Made by a program: the position numbers and the translations under genes. From Klebsiella pneumoniae (GTDB lineage Bacteria > Pseudomonadota > Gammaproteobacteria > Eutrophobiales > Eutrophobiaceae), in contig CAMDWI010000003.1 of NCBI GenBank assembly GCA_945878555.1, forward strand, positions 148,287 to 212,286: a stretch of DNA of 64,000 nt, given 5' to 3'. The first letter of the stretch is position 1; each line of letters opens with the position of its first letter. Below are positions 1 through 10,015 of this stretch, piece by piece. The notes under the pieces were generated by a model that was not told the origin of the DNA, did no database searches, and saw only the letters and a program-made list of their open reading frames with translations.

Positions 1-501
1 TTTGGCTATGCACTGGTACCGCTTTACGATGTTTTCTGTGACATTACCGGTCTGAATGGCAAGACGGGTGAAATTACCGTGTCCGATGCAAATACACTTA
101 CCATAGACACCACCAGGCTGATCACAGTCGAGTTTGATACTAATGTCAGCAGTAAATTACCCTGGGAATTTCGTGCAGAAAAAAGAACGATGAAGGTTCA
201 TCCTGGCGAAGTTAACGAGGCGATTTTTTACGCGACCAATCTTTCTGACCACCAGATAACCGGCCAGGCTGTTCCAAGTGTCGCCCCGGCCAAGGCCTCA
301 TTATATTTTAACAAGACAGAGTGTTTCTGCTTTTCGCAGCAGGTACTGGCATCCGGTGAGAGCAAGCAGATGCCGGTAAGATTTGTCGTGGATCCGGCAT
401 TGCCGGAGTCTGTAGAGTTATTAACACTGTCCTACACATTTTTTGCTGCCCCTGAGCCTGTGGTACAGGCTCAGGCCGGTACAGACCTGCCTAATTCCTG
501 A
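1..501 (+). CDS. ctaG: Cytochrome c oxidase assembly protein CtaG/Cox11 (5'-truncated by window edge)
   Basis: Frame open from base 1 (FGYALVPLYDVFCDITGLNG), Cu-binding KTECFCF motif, TLSYTF C-terminus; directly upstream of subunit III. Confidence 0.95.
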   Translation, partial: FGYALVPLYDVFCDITGLNGKTGEITVSDANTLTIDTTRLITVEFDTNVSSKLPWEFRAEKRTMKVHPGEVNEAIFYATNLSDHQITGQAVPSVAPAKASLYFNKTECFCFSQQVLASGESKQMPVRFVVDPALPESVELLTLSYTFFAAPEPVVQAQAGTDLPNS

Positions 502-522
502 AAACCATTAATGGATAATCAC

Positions 523-1398
523 ATGTCACATACTGAAAATTCCTATTATTTACCGGATCCGAGTCACTGGCCAATAACCGGTTCCATAGGCTTGTTTACT
601 ATATTCATTGGTGCTGCAATATGGTTGAATGGGTCCGGAGCAGGTCCACTTGTTTTAATGGGAGGTTTTGCGGTATTTGTGTACATGCTGTTTGGCTGGT
701 TCGGGACAGTGATACGTGAAAGCGAGGCAGGAAAGTATAATAACCAGGTTGACCAGAGCTTCCGGATGGGAATGATCTGGTTCATTTTTTCCGAGGTGAT
801 GTTTTTTGCCTGTTTTTTTGGTGCCTTGTTCTATGCAAGAATGTTATCAGTGCCGTGGCTGTCAGGAGAAGGATCTGGTTTTATGACCAATCAGATACTC
901 TGGCCAGAATTTGTGGCTGAATGGCCCAAAAGCGTGATGCCGTCTCCGGACGAGTTTCATATCTATAAGGATGTAATCCCGGCATGGGGCGTGCCGGCAA
1001 TAAACACAATTATTCTGCTCGCCAGTGGCGTGACAGTGACGCTCGCACATTGGGCATTAAAAGAAAACAAGCGACGCGCCTTGTCGGGCTGGTTGCTTGC
1101 TACTGTTATACTCGGATTCGTGTTTGTTGTAATGCAGGCTGATGAATATGCCCATGCCTACCACGAGCTGAATCTGACACTGGAATCAGGTATTTACGGT
1201 ACAACCTTTTTCATGCTTACCGGGTTTCACGGACTGCATGTCACTCTGGGTGCAATCATGTTGACAGTAATCTGGGCCCGGACCCTGAAAGGGCATTTCT
1301 CAGAAGAACGCCACTTTGCATTTGAAGCCGTTGCATGGTACTGGCATTTTGTTGACGTGGTATGGTTGTTACTGTTTGTTACCGTATACTGGGTCTAG
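523..1398 (+). CDS. coxC: Cytochrome c oxidase subunit III (aa3-type)
   Basis: FIFSEVMFF, FFMLTGFHGLHV and WYWHFVDVVW motifs; ATG 523 preferred over 511. Confidence 0.95.
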   Translation: MSHTENSYYLPDPSHWPITGSIGLFTIFIGAAIWLNGSGAGPLVLMGGFAVFVYMLFGWFGTVIRESEAGKYNNQVDQSFRMGMIWFIFSEVMFFACFFGALFYARMLSVPWLSGEGSGFMTNQILWPEFVAEWPKSVMPSPDEFHIYKDVIPAWGVPAINTIILLASGVTVTLAHWALKENKRRALSGWLLATVILGFVFVVMQADEYAHAYHELNLTLESGIYGTTFFMLTGFHGLHVTLGAIMLTVIWARTLKGHFSEERHFAFEAVAWYWHFVDVVWLLLFVTVYWV

Positions 1399-1411
1399 AT
1401 TAGCCTGGATC

Positions 1412-1437
1412 GCCCTCCGGTGAGCTTGCCGGAGGGC
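1412..1437. terminator. Hairpin between the convergent oxidase operons (probable bidirectional terminator)
   Basis: GCCCTCCGG-N8-CCGGAGGGC 9-bp stem between two stop codons; no clear U tract. Confidence 0.55.
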
Positions 1438-1446
1438 ACCCAGTAG

Positions 1447-1809
1447 TTATCCCCCCCCGGGTGCATGTTCAACATGTTTTGCAGCAGGCGGCAGATCAAA
1501 AAATATACTGCGTATGGAATGGACATAATTCCCTTCAATCGCCATTAGTCCAATCAATACCAGCAACAATAACGGCGGCAACAAGATGGCGTATATCAGC
1601 GCCAGCCTTTCCCACATCATGTGCATGAAGATCGCAACGATAAAGCCTGCCTTGAGAAACATGAATAGCAGGATGAGAGACCATCGCAACATTCCCTGTA
1701 GATTGTAGTAATCAACCATATATGAAAACGAACTCAGTACGAACAACAGTCCCCAGATCCAGAGATAGATTGCTATCGGATGTTGTTGACCTTCAGCGTG
1801 TCCTGACAT
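1447..1809 (-). CDS. Heme-copper oxidase subunit IV family protein (second oxidase)
   Basis: Three TM helices, KAGFIVAIFMHM motif typical of prokaryotic subunit IV; last gene of the coxMNOP-like operon. Confidence 0.85.
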   Translation of the reverse strand: MSGHAEGQQHPIAIYLWIWGLLFVLSSFSYMVDYYNLQGMLRWSLILLFMFLKAGFIVAIFMHMMWERLALIYAILLPPLLLLVLIGLMAIEGNYVHSIRSIFFDLPPAAKHVEHAPGGG

Positions 1810-1817
1810 GAAGCCTC

Positions 1818-2501
1818 CTACCAGAGATAGAAAAATGCAAAGATAAATACCCAGACCAGATCAACGAAATGCCAGTAAAGTCCGGTGATTTCGACAATTT
1901 CGTAGCCACGCCCTTCATAGTCGCCGCGCCAGACTTTGAACGCGACCGTCAGAAGATAGATAACACCAGCTGATACATGCAGTCCGTGAAACCCGGTGAT
2001 CATGAAAAAACTTGATCCAAACTGTGCAGCGCCCAATGGATTTCCCCATGGGCGTATGCCCTCATCCACAATCAGCTTGGTCCATTCAAAAGCCTGCATT
2101 CCGACAAAAGATGCGCCAAGCAATGCCGTAACTACCATTAGAAGTGCTGTATTTTTACGATCTCCACGGTATCCAAGATTTACCGCCATCGCCATAGTGC
2201 CACTACTGGTGATGAGGATGAAGGTCATGATGGCAATCAGAACCAGAGGTATATGATGACCGAATATGGTAAGTGCGAAAACCTCACTTGGAAACGGCCA
2301 GGGTACAGTGGTGGACATCCTGACTGACATGTAGGCTGTCAGGAAACAGGTAAAGATAAACGTGTCACTTAACAGAAAGATCCACATCATTGCCTTGCCC
2401 CAGGGCACGGTAAATGTCTGTTTATCCGCAGACCAGTCAGCGACAAAACCCGCGTGGCCTGTCTCGATAGCATTGCTTGCTGTTAGATTCGCCTCATGCA
2501 T
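1818..2501 (-). CDS. Heme-copper oxidase subunit III family protein (CoxP-like)
   Basis: MWIFLLSD, FFMITGFHGLHV and LYWHFVDLVW motifs. Confidence 0.9.
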   Translation of the reverse strand: MHEANLTASNAIETGHAGFVADWSADKQTFTVPWGKAMMWIFLLSDTFIFTCFLTAYMSVRMSTTVPWPFPSEVFALTIFGHHIPLVLIAIMTFILITSSGTMAMAVNLGYRGDRKNTALLMVVTALLGASFVGMQAFEWTKLIVDEGIRPWGNPLGAAQFGSSFFMITGFHGLHVSAGVIYLLTVAFKVWRGDYEGRGYEIVEITGLYWHFVDLVWVFIFAFFYLW

Positions 2502-2516
2502 AAGTGCAGTTCCCCT

Positions 2517-3191
2517 TTAGGTAGTCAGCAGTAACCCGAATAAAACCAGCCATATTAGTAACAGGTAATGCCAGTAAACGGTACATAGTTCGATGCTCAG
2601 TTTGATTGAAGGGGCAGTATTACCTTTAACTATTCTGATAAAAGCTCTGGCCCAGACATACATACCACCCAGTAGATGTAGTGCATGTACTCCTGTCAGC
2701 AGGTAGAAGAAACCGAGCGCAGGATTGGAAAGGTTCAGCGTGTCAGCCGGTTTCAGTTGTTGCCATGCCAGTAACTGACCGCCGAGAAACATAAGAGTGA
2801 GCACGCCGGCAATTGAAAATACAGGTAGCAGGTATCTTGCTTCGAATGTGTAAGCAGATGATTTGGCCTTTTGCATGGCTGCGCTGGCACAAATAAGAAA
2901 AGCAGTATTGAGCCAGAGTATCCCGGGTTTGCTGATTGTCTGCCAGTCACCACCGTGATGTGGGTCCATGCGCATCAAATAAGCGGTAAAAAAAAGAGTG
3001 AATAAACTGCTAATCACAGCCAGAAAAAAATAGAGCGCGACCTTCCTTGTGGGGTATTCAGAAACCGTGATATCTGCGACAAGTCCCGCCTCACCTGGGG
3101 CAAGCCAGGGTTGCGAGGTCAATTGTCTGACGATTAGATACCAGACGATTAGCGCAAAGACCAGCGCAGCAAGTAATGTCCACATACTCAT
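2517..3191 (-). CDS. Heme-copper oxidase subunit III family protein (CoxO-like)
   Basis: FFYLLTGVHALHL and VYWHYLLLIW; second, divergent subunit III paralog in the operon. Confidence 0.85.
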   Translation of the reverse strand: MSMWTLLAALVFALIVWYLIVRQLTSQPWLAPGEAGLVADITVSEYPTRKVALYFFLAVISSLFTLFFTAYLMRMDPHHGGDWQTISKPGILWLNTAFLICASAAMQKAKSSAYTFEARYLLPVFSIAGVLTLMFLGGQLLAWQQLKPADTLNLSNPALGFFYLLTGVHALHLLGGMYVWARAFIRIVKGNTAPSIKLSIELCTVYWHYLLLIWLVLFGLLLTT

Positions 3192-3193
3192 GT

Positions 3194-4957
3194 TTAGTGC
3201 TTCCCTTCGCTGGCCTCTACCGAGTCACTGCCATGATGAGGTTCATTCTGTGGGATGTAATCATTGACCGCACCGGGGACACTGTAATCATATGCCCAGC
3301 GATAGACTTCGGGTAGCTTCGGCCCCCAGTTACCATGTTTCGGGGGCGTGTCTGGCGTCTGCCACTCCAGCGTTGTTGCCTCCCAGGGGTTGCCGCCAGA
3401 CGGTTTGCCGCGGGTCAGGGTCCAGTAAAGATTATAGATAAAAATAAGCTGAACGACGCCGACAATCAGCGCGGCGATTGTAATACCTACATTCATTGTT
3501 TGTGCCGAGGCCGGGATAAAATCTGCCAGTCCATTGGCGTAGTAACGCCGTGGAATACCAAGTATACCGAGATAGTGCATGGGAAGATAAATGGCATAGG
3601 TGCCGAGGAATGTAAGCCAGAAATGGATTTTGCCGAGAGTTTCGTTAAACATTTTACCGGTCATTTTCGGGAGCCAGTGATAAATCGCACCAAACAAGAC
3701 CATAATGGGCGATACGCCCATAACCATGTGGAAGTGACCTATAACAAAATAGGTGTCTGAAAGCGGAAGGTCGACAGTGACGTTGCCAAGGAACAGGCCT
3801 GTAAGACCGCCATGGATAAATGTAAAGATAAATCCGATAGCAAACAGCATTGGTACATTCAGCCGAATATTACCTTGCCACAACGTAAGTACCCAGTTAT
3901 ATACCTTGATGGCTGTCGGAATGGCAATAATCAGTGTAGTAGTGGCAAAGAAAAACCCGAAGTAAGGATTCATGCCGCTGACGTACATATGATGCGCCCA
4001 TACTACAAAACTGAGAGCGCCTATGCCTACTATTGCCCACACCATCATACGATAGCCAAAGATATTCTTCCTGGCGTGTACGCTGAGCAAATCGGACACA
4101 ATGCCAAAGGCAGGCAATGCTACGATATATACCTCGGGGTGCCCGAAAAACCAGAACAGGTGCTGGAAAAGTATCGGACTGCCACCCTGATGATCAAGTG
4201 CCTGGCCCATCGATAATACAGCAGGCATAAAGAAGCTGGTGCCAAGCGTCTTGTCAAAGATCATCATGATTGCGCTGACCAGAAGTGCAGGAAATGCGAG
4301 TAAACCAAGCACGGTTGCTGTAAATATTCCCCAGACAGACAATGGCATGCGCATCAGTGTCATGCCCCGGCAACGCGCCTGTAGTATGGTGGTTACATAA
4401 TTGAGTCCACCCATCGTAAAGGCAACAATAAAAACCGCGAGCGAGATCAGCATCATCAGGATACCGAGGTCATAACCGGGCGTGCCTGGCAGGATAGTCT
4501 GGGGTGGATACAGCGTCCAGCCTGCACCAGTAGGTCCGCCCGGTACAAAAAAGCTTGCCAGCAATATGATTACCGATAACAGGTATACCCAGAAACTGAG
4601 CATGTTCATGTACGGAAACACCATATCACGTGCACCACACATCAGTGGAATAAGATAGTTGCCGAAGCCACCAAGGAAGAGCGCCGTCAGCAGGTAGATA
4701 ACCATGATCATGCCGTGCATGGTTATAAACTGATAATATTCATTCGGTGTTATAAATGAAAATGTATGTGGAAACGCAAGCTGCAACCGCATCATGCCTG
4801 AAAGCACAAGTGCAACCAGGCCGACAAGTATCGCTGTCATGCCATACTGGATTGCGATGACCTTATGATCCTGGCTCCAGATGTATTTGGTGACAAATGT
4901 CTGTGGATCATGAAGATCATGTTCATGGTCACGGTCTGCAATAGCAACAAATGCCAT
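3194..4957 (-). CDS. Cytochrome c oxidase subunit I (CoxN-like, A1-type)
   Basis: ITMHG, WFFGHPEVY, WAHHM and GHFHMV heme/CuB ligand motifs. Confidence 0.95.
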   Translation of the reverse strand: MAFVAIADRDHEHDLHDPQTFVTKYIWSQDHKVIAIQYGMTAILVGLVALVLSGMMRLQLAFPHTFSFITPNEYYQFITMHGMIMVIYLLTALFLGGFGNYLIPLMCGARDMVFPYMNMLSFWVYLLSVIILLASFFVPGGPTGAGWTLYPPQTILPGTPGYDLGILMMLISLAVFIVAFTMGGLNYVTTILQARCRGMTLMRMPLSVWGIFTATVLGLLAFPALLVSAIMMIFDKTLGTSFFMPAVLSMGQALDHQGGSPILFQHLFWFFGHPEVYIVALPAFGIVSDLLSVHARKNIFGYRMMVWAIVGIGALSFVVWAHHMYVSGMNPYFGFFFATTTLIIAIPTAIKVYNWVLTLWQGNIRLNVPMLFAIGFIFTFIHGGLTGLFLGNVTVDLPLSDTYFVIGHFHMVMGVSPIMVLFGAIYHWLPKMTGKMFNETLGKIHFWLTFLGTYAIYLPMHYLGILGIPRRYYANGLADFIPASAQTMNVGITIAALIVGVVQLIFIYNLYWTLTRGKPSGGNPWEATTLEWQTPDTPPKHGNWGPKLPEVYRWAYDYSVPGAVNDYIPQNEPHHGSDSVEASEGKH

Positions 4958-4984
4958 TTGGGCCCCCCCGGAGTTTTGTATCAG

Positions 4985-6340
4985 TTATTGTATAGAGTTG
5001 ATGTAGGCGACAACGTCATTGACGGACTGCTCGTCCTTTAGCATGGCTGACAACATCGCCATCTGTTTACCCATTGCGTCTGAATTATGAGTGCCCCGTA
5101 TACCATTACGAAAGTTCTGCAACTGACGCACAAGATACCAGTCATCTAGACCGGTAAGACGTGGTGCATTGACAGACCATGTGCCCTGGGCATCTGTGCC
5201 ATGACAGGAACCGCAGGTTGTATAGAGCCTGCGACCGTTATCAACATTACCCAGTACACTATTTTCCCGTGGCGCTACCGGTAGAGAACTGATATGAGCA
5301 GCCATATTGCGTATAGCGGCATCGTTGGTCAAGGTGGCCGCCATGGGCGCCATTTGTTTACCGTATATATCGTCCTGGTGTGCCCCGCGTTGTCCGCTCT
5401 TGAAATTGCGTATCTGCCTCGCGATATACCAGGAATCCAGGCCGGCAATAGCCGGGGCATTCATCGCCAGGTTCCCTTCACCATTTGCGCCATGACAGCC
5501 GGCACACATGGTATACATGGCCTTGCCCTGTTCCGGACGACCGGTGCCGTCCGAGTTCAGTGATGCAAAAGTGGATTGTTCTGCAATCCAGCTGCGATAG
5601 TCCGCAGCCTCTTTTACAATGACCCTGCTACGCATCGCATAATGTGCAACGCCACAGAGTTCCTCGCACAGGATTTCATATTCACCTGTCAGGGTCGGAG
5701 TTAACCACATGTAGGTGACCATACCGGGAACCAGATCCATTTTTACGCGGAACTGTGGAACGGTGAAGTTATGCAGTACGTCTGTTGACCTTAACAGCAG
5801 TTTAACCGGCTCATTAACCGCAAGTACCATTTCCGTGTCCGAGACCAGGACATCATCCTGGCCAGCCGGATCCTGTGGATTTATTCCAAAAGGGTTGGTA
5901 ACCGAGATATGTTTGATATCCGTATCACCAAATTTTCCATCATTGCCCGGGTAACGAAATGACCATCCCCATTGACGTCCCAGTGCCTCTACTTCAGCCG
6001 CGCCTTCAGGTACATCAACAAATTTGGCCCAGACAAACAGGCCTGGAGCGAGCATGGCAGCCACACCAACGGCTGTAATACCGATTAGTAAAACCTCGAG
6101 CTTCTTGTTTTCCGGTTCGTAATGGGCACGACTTTCCGGTTTGTGGCGAAAACGGATGACACAATAGGCAAGAAAAAAATTGATGAGCACGAATACCACG
6201 CCCGTTACCCAGAACGTAATATTGATAGTCGTATCAATGGTGCCCCAGTTTGAAGCGATCGGTGTAAACCACCACGGACTGAGAAAATGAAACAACAACG
6301 ATCCTATAACCAGCAGGATAATTACAACAGCCAACGCCAT
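4985..6340 (-). CDS. Cytochrome c oxidase subunit II (CoxM-like) fused to two cytochrome c domains
   Basis: CuA motifs DVLH and CEELCGVAHYAM; C-terminal CAGCH and CGSCH heme c sites. Confidence 0.93.
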   Translation of the reverse strand: MALAVVIILLVIGSLLFHFLSPWWFTPIASNWGTIDTTINITFWVTGVVFVLINFFLAYCVIRFRHKPESRAHYEPENKKLEVLLIGITAVGVAAMLAPGLFVWAKFVDVPEGAAEVEALGRQWGWSFRYPGNDGKFGDTDIKHISVTNPFGINPQDPAGQDDVLVSDTEMVLAVNEPVKLLLRSTDVLHNFTVPQFRVKMDLVPGMVTYMWLTPTLTGEYEILCEELCGVAHYAMRSRVIVKEAADYRSWIAEQSTFASLNSDGTGRPEQGKAMYTMCAGCHGANGEGNLAMNAPAIAGLDSWYIARQIRNFKSGQRGAHQDDIYGKQMAPMAATLTNDAAIRNMAAHISSLPVAPRENSVLGNVDNGRRLYTTCGSCHGTDAQGTWSVNAPRLTGLDDWYLVRQLQNFRNGIRGTHNSDAMGKQMAMLSAMLKDEQSVNDVVAYINSIQ

Positions 6341-6553
6341 ACTCTGGACCCCCCCATTCGTATCAAACGCTGAATGTAATACCGTGGTACAAGCTTACAG
6401 ATCCGGTAGGACACTCCTAACAATCATGACAAGAAGTTAACCTTTGCGGCTTTTCAAGTCAATCTTTTCTGTAAAACCCGGCGGCCAGGATCTGGGAATG
6501 GGGCAACGAAAAAGATGTGCGGGAAGTCAGGAAATGATGACGATTATTCGTGT

Positions 6554-6841
6554 CTATAATTCTCGAATGACAGACTGGTTTTTGTTCTGGTCGGTAATGT
6601 CCGGTGGTGTCTCATCATTGTAAGGCAAGACCCCGTGTGGCTGGATCAGCCCCGTCATATAACCGATAAACAGCAGAATAAAAAGACTGACTGACAGGGC
6701 AACCCGTACAGTGAGCGAGTACATGGTGCGTCTGGACTTGCCCTGGTCTTTGGCAAGAAAAAACAACCCACCGGTCAGTGAGATGAAGATGGCTATCAAG
6801 AAGGCAAAAATAAGCAGTTTGAACAACAGGCTGGCAGTCAT
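6554..6841 (-). CDS. Twin transmembrane helix small protein (DUF2909-like)
   Basis: SLTGGLFFL...SLTVRVALS...TGLIQPH; usual reverse-strand position next to surf1. Confidence 0.85.
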   Translation of the reverse strand: MTASLLFKLLIFAFLIAIFISLTGGLFFLAKDQGKSRRTMYSLTVRVALSVSLFILLFIGYMTGLIQPHGVLPYNDETPPDITDQNKNQSVIREL

Positions 6842-6918
6842 GATATTGCTTTAAATTCCTATGGATTTTACCCTGTACGCACCCATTTTCATCGGGCAGT
6901 GCTGTATAATACACCACT

Positions 6919-7665
6919 ATGCATACAGTAAAGTGGACATTTAATCCCGGGTTAATTCCGACGCTGGCAACCCTGCTTATGTTCCCGTTATTACTTACTC
7001 TCGGATTTTGGCAACTGGATCGCGCGGATCAGAAACAGGCCTTGTTTGATGATTATATAAAAACATCCTCGCTGATGCCTACAGATATTAAAGAGGTCAT
7101 GAACAAGGTGCCTCTGGGCGAGAATATAGTATGGCGTCACGGGGTGCTTGCAGGATCTTATGTCGGCACAAGGATATTACTGCTTGATAATCAGGTGTTG
7201 TCCGGAGCTGCCGGTTATCATGTCTATCAGCCATTTCAGGCGTCTGGTACAGACCAGTGGATCCTGATTAATCGTGGCTGGGTTGGCGCAGGTAGCTACC
7301 GTGATACAGTGCCGGAGTTTGCCGGCACCGAAGGCTCGTTTAATCTCACAGGCGTTATCACCGAATTTCCATCGGCACCTGGTATTGTGCTTGAGGGTCA
7401 GGACAACGGCAGGGAAGAGATGACAGCACGTGTCTTACGGTTACAGGTGATCTCCCGGCAAACGGCTGAAGAGATACTCGGACATACAATATTTCCGTAT
7501 GTATTCAGGCTGGGTGTGGACTCACCCTCCGGCCTTGTACGTGAGTGGCCACAGCCAGGCTCGGGCATGGAGAGGCATCTGGGTTATGCCTTTCAGTGGT
7601 TCAGTCTTGCTGTTGTTTTGCTGGTTATCTATATTTCACTTAATTTGCGACGCAGGAAATCCTGA
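6919..7665 (+). CDS. SURF1 family cytochrome oxidase biogenesis protein
   Basis: LGFWQLDRA, LINRGWV and HLGYAFQWF motifs. Confidence 0.93.
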   Translation: MHTVKWTFNPGLIPTLATLLMFPLLLTLGFWQLDRADQKQALFDDYIKTSSLMPTDIKEVMNKVPLGENIVWRHGVLAGSYVGTRILLLDNQVLSGAAGYHVYQPFQASGTDQWILINRGWVGAGSYRDTVPEFAGTEGSFNLTGVITEFPSAPGIVLEGQDNGREEMTARVLRLQVISRQTAEEILGHTIFPYVFRLGVDSPSGLVREWPQPGSGMERHLGYAFQWFSLAVVLLVIYISLNLRRRKS

Positions 7666-8259
7666 ATGCTGACCGATAAAATCTCCGGAAAGATCAGACA
7701 ACGGCTGCTGCTCTCGGCAATCGTACTGATTTTTGCATTACCGTTTGGCGCATCCTGGTTAATTTATAATTATACCGATTTCGGCAAGGGAGATGTTACC
7801 GGCAGTTATGGTGAACTGATCATGCCACCGGTGCCTCTTGCAGATATTATGCTGTCATCGCAGGGTGATGAATCACGACATCTGCATGGCAAATGGAGTC
7901 TCGTCTATATCACAGGGTCTGATTGTGACAAGACATGCCGAAGCAAACTTGATGGCATGATGGGACTGAGAACGAATCTGGGCAAGGATACTGACAGGCT
8001 GCAATTGTTACTTGGCACGGCATCAGGGATGGCGGAAGACGGCTTGAAAGATTTTTTACAGGGCTACAGCGGCACCAGAATCCTGTTGTTTCCCTGGACG
8101 AAGCTGTCCGCCGACTTTCAGCGTTATGCCCTGAAGACTGGCAGTCTGTATCTGGTCGATCCACTGGGAAATTTAATGATGCATTATTCATCTGCCAGTG
8201 ATCCGGAAGGTATAATACGGGACCTGAAACGATTGTTGCGTTACTCCAGAATCGGATAA
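7666..8259 (+). CDS. Membrane-anchored thioredoxin/SCO-like cox operon protein
   Basis: N-terminal TM, YGELI, CDKTC and YLVDPLGNLMM...DLKRLL, as in the conserved gene after surf1. Confidence 0.75.
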   Translation: MLTDKISGKIRQRLLLSAIVLIFALPFGASWLIYNYTDFGKGDVTGSYGELIMPPVPLADIMLSSQGDESRHLHGKWSLVYITGSDCDKTCRSKLDGMMGLRTNLGKDTDRLQLLLGTASGMAEDGLKDFLQGYSGTRILLFPWTKLSADFQRYALKTGSLYLVDPLGNLMMHYSSASDPEGIIRDLKRLLRYSRIG

Positions 8260-8359
8260 ATATACTGTTATAGTACTGGCCTTGCTTACTGACATATCCC
8301 ATTATGCTGCTTGCAGGCATGGCTACCTTACATTGCACAACTAACCGGTAAAAACAAGA

Positions 8360-9277
8360 ATGAACGCGAATACAATGGATTCAGAAGGCCTGGTCAGATG
8401 GCGTGATTATCTGGCGCTGTGTAAACCGAAGATAGTCGCCTTGATTGTTTTCACCTCTGTAGTCGGTATGTTTCTGGCTGTGCCGGGCATGGTTCCTCTC
8501 GACGCGTTGATTTTTGGTACGGCAGGAATCGGGCTGGCGGCATCGTCGGCTGCAGCAATTAACCAGCTTGTTGACCAGCGTGTTGATTCGATAATGATGC
8601 GCACTCAGCAACGACCTCTGCCCCGAGGCAACCTGTCGATGGAGTCAGCGGTCATGTTTGCACTGGCGCTGTGCGCCTTGTCCATGTTAATACTCGTGTT
8701 CCTTGTGAACACCTTGACCGCAGTATTAACTCTGGTATCACTGGTTGGATATGGTTTTATCTATTCGATGTATCTGAAACGCGCCACACCGCAAAATATT
8801 GTAATCGGCGGAGCCTCCGGGGCAGCACCGCCCGTTCTCGGATGGACGGCGGTTACCGGCACGCTGGAGCCGAACGCGTTATTATTATTTCTGATCATCT
8901 TTGCCTGGACACCGCCGCACTTCTGGGCGCTGGCCATCTATCGTTGTGAGGAATATGCAAAGGCTGCCATACCAATGTTACCTGTAACTCATGGCGTGGA
9001 GTTTACGCGCCTGCATATCTTGCTTTATACCGTGTTATTGTTTCTTGTAAGTTTATTACCGTTCGTGTTTTACATGAGTGGGGTAATGTACCTTTTTGGC
9101 GCCGTTGTTCTTGGAGGAATATTTCTTTATTTCGCAATCCGTATGCAATTTGATCACAGCAATATACTTGCCATGCGGACATTTTCGTACTCAATCGTTT
9201 ATCTGATGGCCCTGTTCGGATTTTTGCTTGCCGATCATTACCTGCCGACCGCTGTCAGGCATTTTGCTGCCTATTGA
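8360..9277 (+). CDS. cyoE: Protoheme IX farnesyltransferase (heme O synthase)
   Basis: [28 protein letters not shown] and WTPPHFWAL motifs. Confidence 0.96.
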   Translation: MNANTMDSEGLVRWRDYLALCKPKIVALIVFTSVVGMFLAVPGMVPLDALIFGTAGIGLAASSAAAINQLVDQRVDSIMMRTQQRPLPRGNLSMESAVMFALALCALSMLILVFLVNTLTAVLTLVSLVGYGFIYSMYLKRATPQNIVIGGASGAAPPVLGWTAVTGTLEPNALLLFLIIFAWTPPHFWALAIYRCEEYAKAAIPMLPVTHGVEFTRLHILLYTVLLFLVSLLPFVFYMSGVMYLFGAVVLGGIFLYFAIRMQFDHSNILAMRTFSYSIVYLMALFGFLLADHYLPTAVRHFAAY

Positions 9278-9328
9278 GATTCTGTGCTGCTTGCGCTGAC
9301 AGCGATACGTACAGGTAAGTGAAATTAA

Positions 9329-9847
9329 TTACTGCATCGCGGGCAGGCCTGCTTCAGAAATCGGATCATCTGCCTGCGGGTAAATGCCCTTGATTATCTT
9401 GCGCACCTCTTCTACACGATTGCTCGGCAGATCAACTAACAGCAGGATATAACCATCCTCTAACAACGGGCTGTATAAACGGAGCCGCTGGTTTGGAGTG
9501 CTGGCACCAATCAGTGGTCCTGAAATCCACGCGCCGATAACCGCACCAGTAATCGCACATACAAAAATTACATAAGGTGGAACCTGCATGCCAACGGTGG
9601 CAGGGTTGAAGAAGATATAAAGACCGGCAAGCAGCCCGGTAATTATTCCGGCGAAAAAGCCGATATAGGTTCCGCGAAACAAATCGGTTTTATGGATAGC
9701 AGATGCCTCGGGCAGATCTTTCATGTCTATGCCACGCTTGCCAAGGAAATGCAGACGCTTTTCTTCGACACGAGCAAGCAGCAGTTCCTGTACTACCTTG
9801 CGGGACGTTTCAACATCTGGCAGGACAAAATATAGTCTTCTACTCAT
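9329..9847 (-). CDS. DUF1269-like membrane protein
   Basis: MSRRLYFVLPD...LLLARVEE N-terminus, DLPEAS, glycine-rich TM hairpin. Confidence 0.6.
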   Translation of the reverse strand: MSRRLYFVLPDVETSRKVVQELLLARVEEKRLHFLGKRGIDMKDLPEASAIHKTDLFRGTYIGFFAGIITGLLAGLYIFFNPATVGMQVPPYVIFVCAITGAVIGAWISGPLIGASTPNQRLRLYSPLLEDGYILLLVDLPSNRVEEVRKIIKGIYPQADDPISEAGLPAMQ

Positions 9848-10015
9848 CAGGCACCCCCTTCAAGTGTGATGGTCTGTGAGGACCGGATAAATGTCAGCCA
9901 CCTTAACAACCCGGTGGACTCGTATGAGTCTAGAACCTCTTTTTACCGTTGTCGATTTTTTTTATCGGTGATGAATGCCAAATTCTTGCCAGACAGGCTA
10001 TAGTTTTCTGATGGG

